The position numbers and the translations under genes are program-made. From Actinomycetes bacterium (lineage in GTDB: Bacteria > Actinomycetota > Actinomycetes > S36-B12), in the NCBI GenBank assembly GCA_965278965.1, contig OZ257127.1:2808567-2872566 (forward strand): a stretch of DNA of 64,000 bases, in the 5' to 3' direction. The notes beneath the pieces were generated by a model. The model was not told the origin of the DNA, did no database searches, and worked only from the letters and a program-made list of their open reading frames with translations. Below are positions 59,791-64,000 of this stretch, in pieces; positions within the stretch are counted from its first letter, which is position 1; the number at the start of each line of letters is the position of its first letter.

Positions 59791-60990
59791 TCAAGCGTCG
59801 ACGCGGCGCACCCAGTGCTGTCGCGGCGGCAGCGGTGGTCCGGCGAGCAGCCCGATGACGACCGCCACCAGATGGAGGGTCGCTCCGAACACGATCACCG
59901 CCCAGACCCCCGTGTGCAGCAGCCAGCCGCTCACCGCGGTCGCGACGGCGAAGGCCGAGGTCCGCAGGCTCGAGGCGGTCGTGAACACCTGGCTCTGCAC
60001 GTGCGCCGGGGACTCGCGAATCCGGACCTGGAAGATCGAGGCCAGCAGCGGCGGCTCGCTGAGCCCGAGCGCGAACGCGGCGGCGAGCAGGAGCGGGACG
60101 GTCGGGGCGAGCCCGATCGCGAGGACGCACAGGCCGCCGATCGCCGTCATCGCAATGATCATGCGGTCGGGGCGGCCGACGGGTCGCCGCGCCAGGACGG
60201 CGGACGACACGACGCCGCCGGCCGCGAGGGTGCCGAGGATGACGCCGGTGAACTCCAGTGAGCCGGTCCGCTCCTGGGCGAGGACCGGAGCCGCGACGAA
60301 GACGGCGGCGGTGCCCGCGAAGCCGATCGTCGTGATGAGGGCCGTGCGCCGCAGCGCGGGCCGCCGGACCAATGCGTGCAGGCCATCGCGAAGGGCGTGG
60401 CGAAGCGAGGTGGCGCGCGCGCTCTCGGCGCGCGGGTGCAGCGGCATGCGGACGAGCGCGACGAGCGCGAGCAGCGCGAGGGTCGCCGGCATCCACAGCG
60501 GCGCGCGGGCCGCGACCGCGACGAGCGCGGCGGCGGCCGGGGGAGCGACGACCGCGGCCACGCTGTAGGTCGCGGCGTCGTAGCCGTAGGCGTGACTCAG
60601 GCGCTCGGCCGGCACGAGGCGCGACAGCTGGGCGCTCCAGGCGCCCGTGATCGCCGGGTACGCCAGGCCCGCCGCGAACGCGAGCGCGAGGACCACGGCC
60701 AGCGGCACGCGCCCGATCGTGACCGACACCGCGGCGAGCGAGAACGACAGCAGGAGGAGGAAGAACACGAAGGCGCGACGTGGGTGCTGGCTGCGGTCGA
60801 GCATCGCGCCCACCACCGGACCGGCCAGGGCCGCCGACGCACTCATGCACGCCGCGACGTACGACCCGGTTGTCGCGCTGCCCAGCACGGCGACGCCGAC
60901 GACGAGCAGCGCCGGCCCGGCGGACTCGGTCGCCGAGCGGGCGAGGGTCGCCGTCACCAGGTAGTCGGGCAGGCGCGCGGTCACGCGCAC
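59791..60990 (-). CDS. MFS transporter
   Basis: 399 aa with about 12 predicted TM helices and basic loop motifs. Confidence 0.8.
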   Translation of the reverse strand: MRVTARLPDYLVTATLARSATESAGPALLVVGVAVLGSATTGSYVAACMSASAALAGPVVGAMLDRSQHPRRAFVFFLLLLSFSLAAVSVTIGRVPLAVVLALAFAAGLAYPAITGAWSAQLSRLVPAERLSHAYGYDAATYSVAAVVAPPAAAALVAVAARAPLWMPATLALLALVALVRMPLHPRAESARATSLRHALRDGLHALVRRPALRRTALITTIGFAGTAAVFVAAPVLAQERTGSLEFTGVILGTLAAGGVVSSAVLARRPVGRPDRMIIAMTAIGGLCVLAIGLAPTVPLLLAAAFALGLSEPPLLASIFQVRIRESPAHVQSQVFTTASSLRTSAFAVATAVSGWLLHTGVWAVIVFGATLHLVAVVIGLLAGPPLPPRQHWVRRVDA

Positions 60991-61028
60991 AGGATGTCGC
61001 GTGCCGCTCGGTCGTCGAGCGCCCCCCT

Positions 61029-61044
61029 ATACCCCACCGGGTAT
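61029..61044. promoter_or_regulatory. CsoR-type operator ATACCC-N4-GGGTAT
   Basis: Inverted repeat read directly, flanked by C/G runs. Lies 19 nt upstream of the csoR ATG, in the intergenic region shared with the MFS gene. Confidence 0.6.
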
Positions 61045-61053
61045 GGGGGCTAG

Positions 61054-61323
<270 letters not shown>

Positions 61324-61360
61324 GACGACCGCCGATCCCCCCATCACGAAGGGAATCCCC

Positions 61361-61576
61361 ATGACCACTGCGACGTTCTCCGTGTCGGGCATGACCTGCG
61401 GCCACTGCGTCTCTGCGGTCCAGACTGAGCTCTCCGCACTCCCGGGTGTCGGGGAGGTCGTCGTGGACCTCGTGCCTGGCGCGCCGTCGACGGTCACCGT
61501 CGTCAGCGACGCGCCACTGGACCTCGGTGCCGTCCGCGCCGCGGTCGACGAGGCGGGCTACGACCTGGTGGGGTGA
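61361..61576 (+). CDS. copZ: heavy-metal-associated copper chaperone
   Basis: GMTCGHCV motif, 71 aa. Confidence 0.85.
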   Translation: MTTATFSVSGMTCGHCVSAVQTELSALPGVGEVVVDLVPGAPSTVTVVSDAPLDLGAVRAAVDEAGYDLVG

Positions 61577-61598
61577 GCGATATGAGCGGAGGCGAGGA

Positions 61599-63929
61599 GT
61601 GAGCGTCAGCGAGCCCCGCAGCCCCCGCGCCATGGACGCGAGCGGGGCCGAGGTCGACCTGCGCATCGAGGGCATGACGTGCTCGTCGTGCGCGGCGAGG
61701 ATCGAGCGCAAGCTCAACAAGGTCCCGGGCGTTCAGGCGAGCGTCAACTACGCGACGGAGAAGGCGTACGTCGTCCTGCCCCCCGATGTCAGCGTCGACG
61801 ACGCGATAGCCGTCGTCGAGGCGACGGGGTACCGCGCGTTCCCGCCGCCGCCGCCGGCCCGGCCGACGCCCGCGTCAGGTGAAGCGCACGCCGGTCACGC
61901 CGGCATGGCCAAGACCGGATCGTCGGCGCACGTGCACGGGGACGAGCCGATCGACGAGCTGCGCCGACGGCTCCTGGTCAGCACGGTGCTGACGGTCCCG
62001 GTGGTCGTGCTGGCGATGATCCCGGCACTGCAGTTCGACTACTGGCAGTGGGCCAGCCTGGCCCTCGCGGCCCCGGTCGCCGTGTGGGGGGCGCTGCCGT
62101 TCCACCGGGCGGCGTGGCTGAACGCGCGGCACGGCGCCGCGACGATGGACACGCTCGTGAGCGTCGGGATCATCGCGGCGTTCGGCTGGTCCCTGTACGC
62201 GCTGTTCCTCGGCGGGGCGGGCGAGACCGGCATGACGATGACCTTCGCGATCAACCCACGGCACGCGTCGGCGACGCCGGAGCCGTACCTGGAGGTCGCC
62301 GCCGCGGTCACGTGCTTCCTGCTGCTCGGCCGCTATCTGGAGGCGCGGGCCCGGACGCGCTCGGGCGAGGCCCTGCGCGAGCTGGCGTCGCTCGGCGCGA
62401 AGGACGCGACCGTGCTGCGCGATGGCGTGGAGCACACGGTCCCGGTCGAGGACGTCGTCGTCGGCGACCGGTTCGTGGTCCGGCCGGGGGAGAAGATCGC
62501 CACCGACGGGGTGGTCGTCGAGGGCGCCTCTGCCGTCGATGCGAGCCTGCTGACCGGCGAGGCCGTCCCCGTCGAGGTGTCGGTGGGCGATGCGGTCGTC
62601 GGCGCGACGGTCAACGCCGGCGGGCGCCTGGTCGTCGAGGCGACGCGTGTCGGGGCCGACACGCAGCTCGCCCGCATCGCGCGGCTGGTCGAGCAGGCTC
62701 AGACCGGGAAGGCGCCGGTCCAGCGGCTCGCCGACCGCGTCTCGGCCGTCTTCGTCCCGATCGTCATCGGTCTGGCGCTCGCGACCCTGGCGGGCTGGCT
62801 GATCGCAGGCGGCAGCACGCAGGAGGCGTTCACCGCCGCGGTGGCCGTCCTGATCATCGCGTGCCCGTGCGCGCTCGGCCTGGCGACACCGACGGCCCTC
62901 CTGGTCGGCACGGGTCGCGGTGCGCAGCTCGGGATCCTCATCAAGGGCCCGGAGGTGCTGGAGTCGACGCGCCGTGTCGACACCGTCGTCCTGGACAAGA
63001 CCGGCACGGTGACGACCGGCACCATGACGCTCGTCGACGTGGTGCCGGCGGGAGACCGGGCGGCGTCCGACCTGCTTCGGCTCGTCGGTGCCCTCGAGGA
63101 CGCCTCCGAGCATCCGGTCGGCCGGGCGGTGGCCGCAGGCGCTCGCGCACGGGTCGGGCAGCTGCCCCGGGTCGAGGACTTCGCGTCGACCCGTGGCCTG
63201 GGCGTCCAGGGCGTTGTCGACGGCCACGGCGTCGCTGCCGGCAGGCCGTCCTGGCTCGCGGAGGCCTGGTCGGTGTCGCTGGACGACCCGCTCGCGTTCG
63301 CCCGCGAGCAGCACGAGGCAGCCGGCCGGACCGTCGTCGCCGTCGCTGTCGACGGCACACTGGCCGGCCTCGTCGTCGTGTCGGACACGGTCAAGCCCGA
63401 GGCGGCAACGGCGGTCGCGGCGCTGCGGGACCTGGGGCTGAGGCCGATCCTCCTCACCGGCGACAACGCCCGAGCGGCTCGCGCGGTCGCGACGGAGGTC
63501 GGCATCGACGAGGTCGTCGCCGAGGTGCTGCCCGAGGACAAGGTCGCCGTCGTCCGCGACCTGCAGGAGCACGGACGGGTCGTCGCCATGGTGGGCGACG
63601 GCGTCAACGATGCCGCCGCGCTGGCCCAGGCCGACCTCGGGCTCGCCATGGGGACCGGCACCGACGTCGCGATCGAGGCGTCCGACATCACTCTCGTCCG
63701 CGGCGACCTGCTGGCCGCCGCGGACGCCGTCCGGCTCTCCCGGCGAACGCTGCGGATCATCCAGGGCAACCTCTTCTGGGCGTTCGCCTACAACGTCGCC
63801 GCCATCCCCTTGGCGATGGCCGGACTTCTCAGCCCGCTGGTCGCGGGCGCCGCCATGGCGTTCTCCTCCGTGTTCGTCGTCACGAACAGCCTGCGGCTGC
63901 GCCGGTTCCGCGCCCTGGGCGCCGGGTGA
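61599..63929 (+). CDS. copA: copper-translocating P1B-type ATPase
   Basis: N-terminal [11 protein letters not shown] (ACPCALGLA), DKTGT and GDGVNDA motifs. GTG 61599 has a GGAGG 6 nt upstream. ATG 61632 is an alternative start. Confidence 0.9.
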   Translation: MSVSEPRSPRAMDASGAEVDLRIEGMTCSSCAARIERKLNKVPGVQASVNYATEKAYVVLPPDVSVDDAIAVVEATGYRAFPPPPPARPTPASGEAHAGHAGMAKTGSSAHVHGDEPIDELRRRLLVSTVLTVPVVVLAMIPALQFDYWQWASLALAAPVAVWGALPFHRAAWLNARHGAATMDTLVSVGIIAAFGWSLYALFLGGAGETGMTMTFAINPRHASATPEPYLEVAAAVTCFLLLGRYLEARARTRSGEALRELASLGAKDATVLRDGVEHTVPVEDVVVGDRFVVRPGEKIATDGVVVEGASAVDASLLTGEAVPVEVSVGDAVVGATVNAGGRLVVEATRVGADTQLARIARLVEQAQTGKAPVQRLADRVSAVFVPIVIGLALATLAGWLIAGGSTQEAFTAAVAVLIIACPCALGLATPTALLVGTGRGAQLGILIKGPEVLESTRRVDTVVLDKTGTVTTGTMTLVDVVPAGDRAASDLLRLVGALEDASEHPVGRAVAAGARARVGQLPRVEDFASTRGLGVQGVVDGHGVAAGRPSWLAEAWSVSLDDPLAFAREQHEAAGRTVVAVAVDGTLAGLVVVSDTVKPEAATAVAALRDLGLRPILLTGDNARAARAVATEVGIDEVVAEVLPEDKVAVVRDLQEHGRVVAMVGDGVNDAAALAQADLGLAMGTGTDVAIEASDITLVRGDLLAAADAVRLSRRTLRIIQGNLFWAFAYNVAAIPLAMAGLLSPLVAGAAMAFSSVFVVTNSLRLRRFRALGAG

Positions 63930-64000
63930 CGCCCGACGCCCGGCCGTTCGACCCGGACGCGGTCGACCTCGCGGCGCTGCGCGGCCGACTTAGCGCGAAG
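63926..64000 (+). CDS. possible start of a downstream gene (N-terminus resembles MalY/PatB-type aminotransferases); truncated by the window end
   Basis: GTG 63926 overlaps the copA TGA (GTGA). The 25 codons [25 protein letters not shown] are open to the window end. The family guess is weak. Confidence 0.3.
   Translation, partial: MTPDARPFDPDAVDLAALRGRLSAK

Overview
This is a high-GC (>70%) actinobacterial chromosomal segment. Lineage markers are a WhiB-family gene, a SepX/GlpR-like gene and the mscL-SAF-fmdB...5-FCL-galU-GNAT synteny known from Mycobacterium Rv0985c-Rv0996. I count about 60 credible protein genes, 2 tRNAs (Arg-CCT, Ala-CGC) and 2 tRNA-Arg 3' fragments. I see no rRNA, CRISPR array, transposase or integrase. 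All family calls come from motifs read in the supplied translations; no searches were run.

Gene blocks in order:
- 1-6.3 kb: a gamma-glutamylation-type amine catabolic operon (DMFase-like, PuuD-like, SDR, GS-like, ALDH) plus a Leu/Val dehydrogenase.
- 6.4-14.1 kb: two Lrp regulators, an AceE-like E1, a stand-alone ACT protein and bkdABC.
- 14.2-18 kb: cydBA divergent from blaI-blaR1.
- 18.1-25.1 kb: a low-GC accessory region at tRNA-Arg(CCT).
- 25.1-32.5 kb: a ROK-controlled sugar ABC / oxidoreductase / TIM-barrel locus.
- 32.5-40.7 kb: mixed genes, including a translationally coupled SDH / glycosylase-like / TetR / P450 operon.
- 40.8-48.2 kb: the conserved mscL-galU block, interrupted by a penicillin-acylase gene.
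- 48.2-57.3 kb: SDR, hydrolase, TetR, tauD / tauCAB, WhiB, a 2OG oxygenase and a tryptophanase-like lyase.
- 57.3-64 kb: AKR, trmB, an S51-like gene, MFS and csoR-copZ-copA.

Most noteworthy observations:
- Two decayed tRNA-Arg 3' copies bracket an integrase-less low-GC island.
- The island contains a pair of paralogous ~28-codon micro-ORFs whose only nucleotide differences are synonymous, and a G10 tract that abuts a start codon.
- A 19-bp-stem / 18-nt-loop hairpin occurs on both sides of the acylase gene.
- A dense TACTAC/GTAGTA palindrome array touches the cydA start codon next to blaI-blaR1.
- The glp/moeA gene is absent beside a retained SepX/GlpR-like gene.
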